Assembly: GCA_963668315.1 (NCBI GenBank)
Contig: OY764216.1
Location: forward strand, 4,960,001-5,024,000
Length of the DNA: 64,000 bases
Source: Spirochaetia bacterium
GTDB taxonomy: Bacteria > Spirochaetota > Spirochaetia > DSM-2461
Reading direction: 5' to 3'
The notes beneath the pieces were generated by a model. The model saw only the letters and a list, made by a program, of their open reading frames with translations, did no database searches and had not been told where the DNA came from. The translations under genes and the position numbers were made by a program. Each line of letters starts with the position of its first letter. The first letter of the stretch is position 1. Shown in pieces: positions 20,816 through 30,606 of the stretch.

Positions 20816-22024
20816 ATGACAGCAATCATATCCATCATATTATTCATCGGGGGCCTGGGAAGCGGAATCGCCTTCCCCATACTGCCGGCCCTGGGGGAAA
20901 AACTGGGAGTCAGCAGTCTCATCATAGGGATGATTCTCTCCTCCGATAAAATCGCCCGCCTCATATTCAATCTGCCGGCGGGACAGCTCTTTCCCCGCCT
21001 GGGAATCCGGCGCATGCTCGGCGGAGCGATGGCGGGTTCTACACTGGGACTCCTCTGTTTCAGCTTTGCCATGAAGAGCAGCACACCCGCCCTCTGGCTC
21101 TTTATCGGCAGGCTGATTTACGGCACGGGAGCTTCCTTTCTTATCGTGGGTGCCCAGTCGGCCGTCCTTGAATTGACCAATGAGAAAGACCGGGGCCGTA
21201 AGATGGCCTCCGTCCGGCTCGCGGTGAACTCCGCCATCCCGGGCGGCCTGGTTCTGGGCGGTCTGGTATCCGACCTCTATTCTGATTTTGCCGCTTTTCT
21301 CGTGGGAGCCGCCATTACCCTGGGCGGAACCCTGATGGCGGTCATTCTTCTGCCCGGAAGGGATGAAAAGAGAGCCGGCCGTCACATGAGACAGGGCCCT
21401 GCTCCCGGCTTTCGGGCCATGTTCGCCCTGCCCGATACGCCCGGACTCTTTTCGGTTCTCATCCTCAATTTCCTTGTGTTTCTGACCGTCCAGGGGGCTC
21501 TCCTCTCCACCCTTGTACTCTTTCTGCAGCAGAAGGATCTTTTTCTGGGCCGATTGGGAGGCCAGGGAAGTTCCGGACTGATCATGGCCGTCATGGTCAG
21601 CTGCGCCGCCCTGTCGTCTTTTTTCGCCGGGCAGATTCTGGATCGTCTCCCCTCCCGTTCCCAGCTGATGTTCCCCGCCCTCACCGTCATGCTTCTGGGC
21701 TTTATTTTCCTTTCGCAGGCCTCTTCCATAGCTCTTGTTCTCACGGCGGCCGTTCTCATCGGCCTGACTTATAACAACCTGACAATTCCCCTGACAGCCT
21801 TCATAGGAGACAGGGTGAAATCCTCCGATCAGAGCCGCGTCATCGGGCTTTTACAGCTATTCGGCGACTTCGGCGGTATGATCGGCCCTATTCTGGGAAT
21901 AACGACGGCCTCCCGCATAGGAGTGGGAAACCTTTATCTTTTCATCGCGTTTATTTGTCTCTGCTGCATGCCGGCGGTTATCAAACTGAGCCTTACCGAA
22001 AGGAAGGCTCCCGTCCTCGGCTGA
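20816..22024 (+). CDS. MFS transporter
   Basis: Hydrophobic 402 aa with a 12-TM pattern. Confidence 0.88.
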   Translation: MTAIISIILFIGGLGSGIAFPILPALGEKLGVSSLIIGMILSSDKIARLIFNLPAGQLFPRLGIRRMLGGAMAGSTLGLLCFSFAMKSSTPALWLFIGRLIYGTGASFLIVGAQSAVLELTNEKDRGRKMASVRLAVNSAIPGGLVLGGLVSDLYSDFAAFLVGAAITLGGTLMAVILLPGRDEKRAGRHMRQGPAPGFRAMFALPDTPGLFSVLILNFLVFLTVQGALLSTLVLFLQQKDLFLGRLGGQGSSGLIMAVMVSCAALSSFFAGQILDRLPSRSQLMFPALTVMLLGFIFLSQASSIALVLTAAVLIGLTYNNLTIPLTAFIGDRVKSSDQSRVIGLLQLFGDFGGMIGPILGITTASRIGVGNLYLFIAFICLCCMPAVIKLSLTERKAPVLG

Positions 22025-22058
22025 AGCTGAATCGAAATATCATACCAAAGGAGTGAGT

Positions 22059-23552
22059 ATGGACGAAACCAGTACTCTTAAGAAACAGTCTTATAATATA
22101 GACATCCACGGCAATTCCTTTTTAAGGATTCCCCTCATCGTGACCATGCTGATAGGGTCGTTCATCGCGGTCCTGAACCAGACGATTCTCGCAACGGCGC
22201 TGCCCCAGCTGATGAATCATTTCCGGATCAATGCCAGCCAGGTGCAGTGGGTCACCACAGCCTATATGCTGACAAACGGGATCATGATCCCCATGACGGC
22301 CCTCCTGCTGGAAAAGATTTCTACAAGGAAGCTCTTTCTCTTTGCCATGACGATTTTCGGATGCGGTACGGCCCTCTGCGCCCTCTGCCCAACCTTTCAG
22401 ATCCTTTTAGCGGGAAGAATTCTGCAGGCGGTGGGAGCGGGAATCCTGATGCCCCTGGTCAATACGGTTTTCGTCCTGGTCTTCCCCCTGGAAAAAAGGG
22501 GAATGGCCATGGGAATCTACGGGCTGGTCATAAGCTTCGGCCCCGCTCTGGGACCGACTCTAGCCGGCTTCATCATTGACCGGTTCCACTGGCAGTTCCT
22601 CTTTCTCGGCCTTCTGCCCGTCATCGTCATAGATATTATCTGCGCCGTTATCCTCATGCGGGATATCGTTCCCTCCAAGGATGTGAAGATCGATGTTCTC
22701 TCCCTCATCCTTTCCGCCCTGGGTTTCGGGGGGATGCTTTTCGGATTCTCAAGCGCCGGAAGCCGCGGCTGGTCCTCCCCGGTCGTTTACCTCTGCATTA
22801 TCCTCGGATCGGTCATAGCCGCTCTCTTCGTTATCCGCCAGCTGACGATTCAAAACCCCATGCTGCGGCTGCGCGTCTTCAAATCGAGTACATTCACCCT
22901 GACCACCCTCACCGGTGCCATTATGAACATAGCCCAGGTCGCATCCACCATCATCGTGCCGATTTTCATCCAGTCCGTCCTGGGAAAATCGGCTCTGACA
23001 AGCGGGCTGGTGCTTCTTCCCGGAGCTCTCATCATGGCTTTTGTCATGCTGATCTCGGGCAATCTCTTTGATAAATACGGAGCCAAGCATCTGGTGATAC
23101 CCGGAGTAATTCTCATTACCATCTCCACGGTTCCCTTTATGTTTTTGAGCGCCCGGACAAGCATTGCCCACCTTGCGGTTTACAACGGACTGCGCTTCAT
23201 CGGCCTGGGGCTGATATTCATGACCCTCCAGACGGCCGGGATGAACGCCCTCCCCAATAATCTGATACATCACGCCACGGCCGTAATCAACACATCAAGG
23301 CAGATCATGGGCTCCATTGGAACGGCGGTTCTCATAACCATCATGTCCAACGTGGAGCTGCACAGATCACCGGCGGCATCGCTCATGCAGACGAACCCTG
23401 ACCTCTACCACGAAAACATGCTTAACGCCACCATCCACGGGATGAACGTCTCCTTTATGTGCGTTCTTGCCATGTCCCTCATCGGATTTATCTGCTCTCT
23501 CTTTTTCAGGGAGCCGGGGAAAGAGGCTGTATCCAGAAGGGAAAGCGCCTGA
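22059..23552 (+). CDS. DHA2 (EmrB/QacA/LmrB-like) MFS efflux permease
   Basis: LNQTILATALP, QWVTTAYML, GRILQAVG, GPALGPTLAG; 14 TM segments. Confidence 0.92.
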   Translation: MDETSTLKKQSYNIDIHGNSFLRIPLIVTMLIGSFIAVLNQTILATALPQLMNHFRINASQVQWVTTAYMLTNGIMIPMTALLLEKISTRKLFLFAMTIFGCGTALCALCPTFQILLAGRILQAVGAGILMPLVNTVFVLVFPLEKRGMAMGIYGLVISFGPALGPTLAGFIIDRFHWQFLFLGLLPVIVIDIICAVILMRDIVPSKDVKIDVLSLILSALGFGGMLFGFSSAGSRGWSSPVVYLCIILGSVIAALFVIRQLTIQNPMLRLRVFKSSTFTLTTLTGAIMNIAQVASTIIVPIFIQSVLGKSALTSGLVLLPGALIMAFVMLISGNLFDKYGAKHLVIPGVILITISTVPFMFLSARTSIAHLAVYNGLRFIGLGLIFMTLQTAGMNALPNNLIHHATAVINTSRQIMGSIGTAVLITIMSNVELHRSPAASLMQTNPDLYHENMLNATIHGMNVSFMCVLAMSLIGFICSLFFREPGKEAVSRRESA

Positions 23553-23625
23553 GACATTTATTCAGAAAAAAGTGGCCGATTCTCCCAGCCGTGATAGAAT
23601 GAAGGAAACGATGAGGAGGATATTC

Positions 23626-23874
23626 ATGGAATATCAGTTAGTCGCGATTAAAGTCGGACAGAGAGAAGATACGGCGACACAGGTGCAATCTATCCTTACG
23701 TCCTTCGGCTGCCATATCAAAGTGAGGCTGGGTCTTCATGATCTGCCCGAAGGCGCCTGTTCGCCCATGGGGCTGATCATCCTTCAGGTTACGGCCCCTG
23801 AGGATGAGGTGGAGACCTTCACCGATAAGCTGAACGCCCTGGACGGGGTCACCGCCCGCACGCTCACCATCTAG
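23626..23874 (+). CDS. Small ACT-like protein (TM1266/iron-only hydrogenase regulator-like)
   Basis: VQSILTSFGCHIKVRLGLH; ATG after GGAGGA. Confidence 0.7.
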   Translation: MEYQLVAIKVGQREDTATQVQSILTSFGCHIKVRLGLHDLPEGACSPMGLIILQVTAPEDEVETFTDKLNALDGVTARTLTI

Positions 23875-24147
23875 CCCGTTCGATGCGGCTTGAACGGCTC
23901 GGATAGCCTCTGCCGGGATATCTTGACGCAGTTCCGAATTGGTTGTATATAAACCGTATATTCAAGTCGCAGACAACGGACCCGAAAAGCTAACAATGTC
24001 TGCCTCATTTTTCAGTGCAGGAATAGGTGTTGTGTTGATGTATTTGAGGTATCGGGTAAGCGGTTACTGCGCCATAAAGGCAGCTCCCCGGCAAACTGTT
24101 CTCTCTTTCCGATTCATCAGCGGCTGTTCCTCACGGAGGAGTTTACT

Positions 24148-24741
24148 ATGATGCATCCGGACAGCAGACTGGAATTTATCAGCCAGGAGATCGGGTTCGG
24201 CGTTTTTGCTACAAAACGGATACCGAAGGGAACCATAACCTATGCTTTGGATGAGCTGGAACTTATCATTGATGAATATCAATATGACAGAATGAATTCC
24301 GTCCTGCGCCAGAAGGTGGACTGGTTCTCCTACCGGGACGAAAACAACCGGAGGGTCGTCAGCTGGGATATGGCCAAATACGTCAACCACAGCTGCCACA
24401 GCAATACGATGACCACCGGCTGGGGATTTGAGATTGCCCTGAGAGACATCGAGGCGGGAGAAGAGATTACCGACGATTACGGGCTCTTCATGGGTTCCGA
24501 TGAAAGCATGCCCCTCGGCTGCGGAGAGCCCGACTGCCGCCGTATCGTATCCGGTCAGGACCGGTTTTCATGGGGAGAGGTCTGGGACGGCAAAATCCGG
24601 GATGCCCTGGATAAGTTTACGGCCGTGGACCAGCCGCTGCTCTCACTCCTGGATGAATCGGTCGTTCAGAGTCTCAAGGCCTATCTGCAGGGCAAAGGGG
24701 AGTATCGTTCCGTCTGCCCCGTCATTGACTCGGTCGGTTAA
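24148..24741 (+). CDS. SET-domain protein (lysine methyltransferase fold)
   Basis: IGFGVFAT, YVNHSC, ALRDIEAGEEITDDY, post-SET CGEPDCR. Confidence 0.9.
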   Translation: MMHPDSRLEFISQEIGFGVFATKRIPKGTITYALDELELIIDEYQYDRMNSVLRQKVDWFSYRDENNRRVVSWDMAKYVNHSCHSNTMTTGWGFEIALRDIEAGEEITDDYGLFMGSDESMPLGCGEPDCRRIVSGQDRFSWGEVWDGKIRDALDKFTAVDQPLLSLLDESVVQSLKAYLQGKGEYRSVCPVIDSVG

Positions 24742-24749
24742 GACAGGGA

Positions 24750-26243
24750 TTACAGCTCGGAATGGAGAAGATTCCTGACGGCCTTCCGCCATCCGGAATA
24801 ATTCCTATCCCGCCATTCGGGGGACTGCTTCGGGGAGAACTCCCTTTCCGTCTCCCGAAGCGCTTTTATCTCCTCCAGATTTTTCCAGATTCCCATGGCC
24901 AGGCCGCCCATATACATGGCTCCCGTGGCGGATAACTCTTCAATTTTGTTTCTTACGACAAGAACATTCAGCATATCCGCCTGGAACTGCATGAGAAAGT
25001 TATCCCGTGTCGGCCCGCCGTCCACACGCAGTTCGGCCGGTTCAATACCCGATTCGTCCGCCATGGCGTTGAGGACATCCATGATCTGGTAGACAATGGA
25101 CTCCTCCGCCGCCCGGGCGATGTGGGCTCTCTTTGTCCCCCGGGACATATGGGAAATAACGGCCCTCACCTCGCTGTTCCAGTGGGGAGCGCCCAGCCCG
25201 GTCAAGGCGGGAACGATATATACGCCCTGGTTATCCTCCACCGAAGCGGCCAGGCCCCCCACCTCTTTGGAGGAGCCGAAAAGCTCGATATCGTCTACCA
25301 GCCACTTGATAGTGGCACCGGAACAGTTGACATTTCCCTCCAGGACATAAACGACTTCATGGTCAACGGAGTAGCCGACGGAAGTCACCACATTTTCCGA
25401 ATCAATCGGCTTCGTCCCTATGTTCATCATAACCGAAGACCCCGTGCCGTAGGTTGCTTTGGTCATCCCCTTCTCTGTACAGCACTGCCCGAAGAAAGCC
25501 GCGTGGGAATCGCCCAGCACTCCCGCTACGGGAATGGTCTTATCAAACAGTCCCGCCGCCGTTTCCCCCAGGAGGGTGTTGGAACTTTTTACTTCGGCCA
25601 TCATGGAAAGGGTCAGATCGAACATTTTCAGAAGTTCCTCATCCCATGTCAGGGTATGGATATTGAATAGCTGGGTCCGGCTGGCGTTGGAATAATCTGT
25701 GCTGTGGACCCTGCCGCCCGTCAGTTTCCAGACGAGGTAGCTGTCCATGGTACCGAACAGAAGGTCATCCTGATTCACATTGGAATTCCCGGCTACGCAG
25801 TTCTCCATAATCCACTTGGCCTTGGCGGCGGAAAAATAGGGGGACAGGACAAGACCGGTTTTCTTCTTCACCGCCGGCGCCGCTCCCTCCTTCTCCAGCT
25901 TTCGGCAGATTTCCTCCCCTCTCTGGCACTGCCAGACAACCGCATTCATAACGGGCTTCCCCGTTGCCTTATTCCAGACCATGGTCGTTTCCCGTTGGTT
26001 GGAGATGGAAATACAGATAATTTCACCGCTGTCCGTTCCGGCCATCTCCATCACCTTGTTCATGGCTTTCAAGGTGTTTTCAAAGATCTCCTCCGGATCA
26101 TGCTCCACCCATCCGGGCCGGGGATAGAACTGTTTATGACCTTCGTCGTGACGGCACACCAGCTGCCCGCCCCTATCGAAAATGAGAGCCTTGGTTCCCG
26201 ATGTTCCCTGATCGATCGTTAAAAAATATTTCCTGTCAGCCAT
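24750..26243 (-). CDS. FGGY-family kinase (glycerol kinase-like; possibly D-apulose kinase)
   Basis: IDQGTSGTKA, NQRET, WQCQR, TDYSNASRT, GDSHAA, KATYGTG, VDGG. Confidence 0.88.
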   Translation of the reverse strand: MADRKYFLTIDQGTSGTKALIFDRGGQLVCRHDEGHKQFYPRPGWVEHDPEEIFENTLKAMNKVMEMAGTDSGEIICISISNQRETTMVWNKATGKPVMNAVVWQCQRGEEICRKLEKEGAAPAVKKKTGLVLSPYFSAAKAKWIMENCVAGNSNVNQDDLLFGTMDSYLVWKLTGGRVHSTDYSNASRTQLFNIHTLTWDEELLKMFDLTLSMMAEVKSSNTLLGETAAGLFDKTIPVAGVLGDSHAAFFGQCCTEKGMTKATYGTGSSVMMNIGTKPIDSENVVTSVGYSVDHEVVYVLEGNVNCSGATIKWLVDDIELFGSSKEVGGLAASVEDNQGVYIVPALTGLGAPHWNSEVRAVISHMSRGTKRAHIARAAEESIVYQIMDVLNAMADESGIEPAELRVDGGPTRDNFLMQFQADMLNVLVVRNKIEELSATGAMYMGGLAMGIWKNLEEIKALRETEREFSPKQSPEWRDRNYSGWRKAVRNLLHSEL

Positions 26244-26250
26244 GATTTCC

Positions 26251-27189
26251 TCACCCTTTTAAAATGCTCAGAGCCTTATCTTTAATCCCTTCCGGGTTAA
26301 TGTGGTAATAGTCGAATATTTCCGCCGAGCTGCCCTCCACGGGAATCTCATCGGGAATTCCCATAATCCGCATGGGTACGGGGTTTTCCTGAATGACAAT
26401 TTCCGCCACGGCCGCTCCCAGCCCGCCGAAAATGCTGTGCTCTTCCACCGTGACGATCCCTTTCGTCTCTTTCGCGGCCTTCACAATCGCCTCCCGGTCG
26501 ATCGGCTTGATCGTCGCCATATCCAGTACGCGGGCAGTGACATTTTCCTTTTCCAGCAGCTGCGCGGCACCCAGGGCCTTACTGACCGTTTCTCCTGCGG
26601 CGATTATCGTAATATCGCTGCCCTCGGAAAGGACATTGGCTTTTCCGTAGGTAAAACTGCCCGTGCTCTCTCCGTAGACATCTTCCACCGCCCCCCTGCC
26701 CATGCGGACATAGGCGGGATTATCGCTTTTCGTCAGCCATTCGGTTATCGCCTCGGCCTGAAACCTGTCGGAGGGAATGATAACATCCAGGCCGGGAAAA
26801 GTTCTCATGACAGCCATATCATGGAGAGACTGATGGGAAAACCCCAGGGCGCCGTAGCTGATGCCGCCGCTGATGCCGACGATCTTCACATTGGTATGGG
26901 TGTAAGCCACATCGACCTTAACCTGTTCCAGGCTCCGGGCGGAGAGAAAACAAGCCGGGGCGCAGACGAAAACCTTCTTGCCGAAAGTAGCCATGCCGGC
27001 TCCGATGCCGACCTCATTCTGTTCCGCGATACCCACTTCCACAAACTGTTCGGGAAGCTCCTCGGCGAACTGGTTCAGGGTTACCGAACCTCTGGCGTCG
27101 GAGGTGACCACCATGATGGAAGGATCTTTTTTCGCCAGTTCCGTTAATCTCCCGGTAAAGGCCTTTCTGCAGGGAATATTGTTACTCAT
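26251..27189 (-). CDS. Transketolase C-terminal subunit
   Basis: EVGIAEQ, EEHSIFGGLG. Confidence 0.93.
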   Translation of the reverse strand: MSNNIPCRKAFTGRLTELAKKDPSIMVVTSDARGSVTLNQFAEELPEQFVEVGIAEQNEVGIGAGMATFGKKVFVCAPACFLSARSLEQVKVDVAYTHTNVKIVGISGGISYGALGFSHQSLHDMAVMRTFPGLDVIIPSDRFQAEAITEWLTKSDNPAYVRMGRGAVEDVYGESTGSFTYGKANVLSEGSDITIIAAGETVSKALGAAQLLEKENVTARVLDMATIKPIDREAIVKAAKETKGIVTVEEHSIFGGLGAAVAEIVIQENPVPMRIMGIPDEIPVEGSSAEIFDYYHINPEGIKDKALSILKG

Positions 27190-28018
27190 GACTTTCCCTC
27201 TCCTTCAAATAATTATCAATCTCGCCGATTGCCTGGGTGAACTGTTCCTCTGTGGGAACGCCGTGATGCCACTTGGCCTCGTCTTCCATATAGCTGACGC
27301 CCTTTCCCTTTGTCGTCTCGGCGATAACCATCATGGGCTTGCCCTTCTTCCTGGGGCTATTGAAAACCTCTATGAGAGCCGGGATGTCGTGTCCGTCCAC
27401 GCTCCTCACGTCCCATCCGAAGGCCGCCCATTTATCGGCGAGCCCTTCCAGCTTCATAACGTTTTCCGTATTCCCGCTGATCTGCAAATGGTTCCGGTCG
27501 ATTATGGCCGTCAGATTGTCCAGACCGAAATTCGGCCCGGCCATAGCGGCTTCCCAGACGGAGCCTTCCGCCTGTTCGCCGTCTCCCATGAGGCAATACA
27601 CTTTCACATCCATTTTGCTCTTCTTCGCCGCCAGAGCCATACCCACGGAGCAGGGAAGGCCGTGGCCCAGGGCTCCCGTATTCAGTTCCACGCCGGGGAC
27701 TTTTACAGAGGGATGACCGATCAGGCGGGATTTGAACGCGGAAAACTTCTTCAGCTCTTCCCTGGGGAAAAAACCCTTATCGGCCAGTATGCTGTAATAC
27801 CCTTCGACGCTGTGGCCCTTACTCAGCACAAATCGGTCTCGATTCGGATCTTTGGGATGGGCCGGATCGATCCGGAGGATATTGTAATATAGCACCGTCA
27901 GGATATCCACACTGGAGAGGGAGCCCCCCGTATGTCCGGTCCTGGCATTGTAGATGACATGCAGCAGATCTCTTCTGATTTCCGCCGCTTTTTTCGTTAG
28001 TAACGTCTCTTCATTCAT
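27182..28018 (-). CDS. Transketolase N-terminal (TPP-binding) subunit
   Basis: GHTGGSLS, RDRFVLSKGH, TGALGHG, GDGE..EGSVWEA. Confidence 0.93.
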   Translation of the reverse strand: MNEETLLTKKAAEIRRDLLHVIYNARTGHTGGSLSSVDILTVLYYNILRIDPAHPKDPNRDRFVLSKGHSVEGYYSILADKGFFPREELKKFSAFKSRLIGHPSVKVPGVELNTGALGHGLPCSVGMALAAKKSKMDVKVYCLMGDGEQAEGSVWEAAMAGPNFGLDNLTAIIDRNHLQISGNTENVMKLEGLADKWAAFGWDVRSVDGHDIPALIEVFNSPRKKGKPMMVIAETTKGKGVSYMEDEAKWHHGVPTEEQFTQAIGEIDNYLKERESHE

Positions 28019-28043
28019 GAATACAACCTTTCATTATCAGGAA

Positions 28044-29462
28044 TTACTTGAACACATCCAGGTCCCACCCGAGATACTGCTCCAGAGCTTCCTCGATGAT
28101 GTCCATGACTTCTCCCCTTACCATAGCGACATGGTGCTCGAAACCTTCCCGGCAGATATGGTCCATCGTCTCGTTAAGCCGGGGAATGCGGCAGACGACG
28201 ATACCCCCGTCCATGGCGTAGGGTTCCTTGACGAACTCCCCTTCTCCACCGTAGGCCTTGATCATGCCGAACCGGTCGTCCGTGGAGATCCGGAAATAGG
28301 TCATTTTCCCGGGAGCGACCATGCCTTTAATGGCGCCGAAACACTTCTCCTTTCCCAGGGTGTTTCCCAGTATATCCAGCTGGCCGATGGTCAGGGGATT
28401 GCCCATAAACTCGGCGGGATAATTGCTGCAGTGGGTGCAGACGCAGATTTCCCGTTCGTAATCGAAGTTATTGTTCCAGTCAAGGAAGCCGGGAGCCGAT
28501 TCGGCGGCGAGGCGCAGAACGTACATGGAAACGGCTCCCGCCACATCCATCTCGCAGGCCGAAGGATAGCCCGCCTCCCCCATCATGCTCATGGAAAGGC
28601 AGGCGGCGCAGCCGTAGTTATTCTCAAGGCTGTCCCAGCACTGAATGGCCGTGGCGTCCAGTTCGTTCTCTTCCACAAATTTGTCTATGGCCACGGAGAA
28701 CTTCCCATGGCGGAGAACCTGCTCATCGGGAATATGGCTCTCTATGGTGCCGTAGCCCGCGATACGGGAGAGCTTCTCTTTCACGGCGCCGTCTTCCGCC
28801 GTCAGCTTCTCCGCGGCGGAAAGGATCTCGGAAAGATCAACGGGAACGACGGTGATCCCCGCATCCTGCATCAGTTTTTCGCTGAAGCGGACCGTCTGAA
28901 ACGCAGCCGGCCGTGCACCGATGGCCCCGATACGCGCATTTTTAATCCCGTAGACGATACGGCAGACGGCGGCGAAGCGGTCCACATCGGCGCTGAACTC
29001 CTCGGAGAGAATATCGCAGGTATGATGGGTGGTGTTGGTAAAGGGAATACCGTACTGGTATAGGTTGTTGCAGACCGAGATTTTACCGCAGAAGGCATCC
29101 CTTCTGTGAAGAACATCCACCTTGTCGTTCTGATCGTTCGAAGCCTGCACCAGGATAGGAACATTCAGGTCGGCGATCTTGATGGTATTTATAACGCCGA
29201 TCTCGTCTCCGAAATTCGGAAGGACGACTAGGATGCCCTGAATTTCATCCCGATGTTCACGAAAAAGGCGGGCGCACTTTTTGGCGTCCTCATAGCCTTC
29301 AATAACTCCGGTGGGGGTCTCCTTCGCATCGAGAATAATCGGCTCTATGCCTTTTTTTTCCAGCAGGGCCAGGATATCCTTTCTTCCCGCCTGAGCCAGT
29401 TCGGGATTGAAAAATCCCCGGGTTCCCACGATGACGCCGAATGTTATTTTCTTCTTTTCCAT
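28044..29462 (-). CDS. L-fucose/L-arabinose isomerase family protein
   Basis: NFGDE, RRDAFCGK, AIQCW, ACEMD, HCSN, FEHHV; ATG at 29462 after GAGGT. Confidence 0.88.
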   Translation of the reverse strand: MEKKKITFGVIVGTRGFFNPELAQAGRKDILALLEKKGIEPIILDAKETPTGVIEGYEDAKKCARLFREHRDEIQGILVVLPNFGDEIGVINTIKIADLNVPILVQASNDQNDKVDVLHRRDAFCGKISVCNNLYQYGIPFTNTTHHTCDILSEEFSADVDRFAAVCRIVYGIKNARIGAIGARPAAFQTVRFSEKLMQDAGITVVPVDLSEILSAAEKLTAEDGAVKEKLSRIAGYGTIESHIPDEQVLRHGKFSVAIDKFVEENELDATAIQCWDSLENNYGCAACLSMSMMGEAGYPSACEMDVAGAVSMYVLRLAAESAPGFLDWNNNFDYEREICVCTHCSNYPAEFMGNPLTIGQLDILGNTLGKEKCFGAIKGMVAPGKMTYFRISTDDRFGMIKAYGGEGEFVKEPYAMDGGIVVCRIPRLNETMDHICREGFEHHVAMVRGEVMDIIEEALEQYLGWDLDVFK

Positions 29463-29806
29463 AATTCCTACCTCTTTATCATTCTCACTGCCATAAACTC
29501 TTTCCCTTCCATTCACAATTTATAGGCAAATTTTAGTTTTCTTTACAAAAGATCCGGCAGATCTTTCTTTCAGTAACGATAATACTCCCATAAAACGGGG
29601 ATAGTCAACTTTTATTTTCGTTTACCTTTCTTTTATTATCGTTTTATAATTTAAAGTCATATAATAGAAAATCAAAAGATAAAGACTGATAATGCTCTTC
29701 CTGTTATGAACCGAATAGATTATTCTCCTACAGACAGGGATACATTAAAAACATATACTTATTATTGATCTGTTATGGAAAGAAATAATCATAAAGAGGG
29801 TAAATT

Positions 29807-30544
29807 ATGAATTCAAAAGAAAAATTTACTTCGAAAAGTGATATCTATGATAAATATCGACCGAAGTACTCAGAAAAATTTATTGATAGTATTATAGATA
29901 ATTATCCAATTTCTAATTTTACCCGCATTGCCGATATGGGAGCCGGAACGGGAATATTAACTCAGCAATTATTGAGGCTGGCATGTGAGATATATGCAAT
30001 TGAACCAAATAATGAAATGAGAAAAGTCGCAGAGGGCAAACTAGGAAAAGAAAGAAAATGTCATATCGTAAATGGTTCTGCAGAATGTACAACACTTGAC
30101 GATAAATCAATTGATATAGTTGTTGCAGCTCAAGCATTTCACTGGTTTGATAAGAATAATTTTAAAGAAGAATTTCAAAGAATTTCAAAAAACCAAAAAG
30201 CAATACTTGTATGGAACACAAAGAAAAAGGCTCAGTCATACCTTATTGAACTTGAAAAGGTGAATATTAAATATTGTAAGGACTTTAAGGGATTTAGTGG
30301 TGGTATAGCTATAGAACAGATAGCTGATTTTTTTGATAATAAATATGAAAAAAGTGTATTTGAGAATAATCTTAAATTGGATAAGGACAACTTCATAAAT
30401 GGGATTTTAACCGGATCTTATACTCCTAATAAAAATGACAAATACTATTACGAATATATTCATGAGATAGAAGAGATATATGACAGGCATTGTCAGAAAA
30501 ATGAATTAGAAATATTAAATGATACCATCGCGTATTTTAATTGA
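29807..30544 (+). CDS. Class I SAM-dependent methyltransferase
   Basis: ADMGAGTG, AIEPN, AQAFHWFD; markedly AT-rich. Confidence 0.92.
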   Translation: MNSKEKFTSKSDIYDKYRPKYSEKFIDSIIDNYPISNFTRIADMGAGTGILTQQLLRLACEIYAIEPNNEMRKVAEGKLGKERKCHIVNGSAECTTLDDKSIDIVVAAQAFHWFDKNNFKEEFQRISKNQKAILVWNTKKKAQSYLIELEKVNIKYCKDFKGFSGGIAIEQIADFFDNKYEKSVFENNLKLDKDNFINGILTGSYTPNKNDKYYYEYIHEIEEIYDRHCQKNELEILNDTIAYFN

Positions 30545-30606
30545 AAAGCTATTGGACAAATTGTAGAATGAATAGCGCAAAAGCTTGACAAATAAAGGAA
30601 ATAAAA

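Noticed and set aside
23960..24130. SAM-I, c-di-GMP, c-di-AMP riboswitch or 6S RNA assignment
   Set aside because: Only fragmentary motif resemblance; conserved cores not found by eye, so it is left as an unassigned candidate.
29700..30600. Methyltransferase as a stray gene cassette
   Set aside because: GTTATG occurs upstream, but there is no complementary ..AAC end or hairpin downstream.
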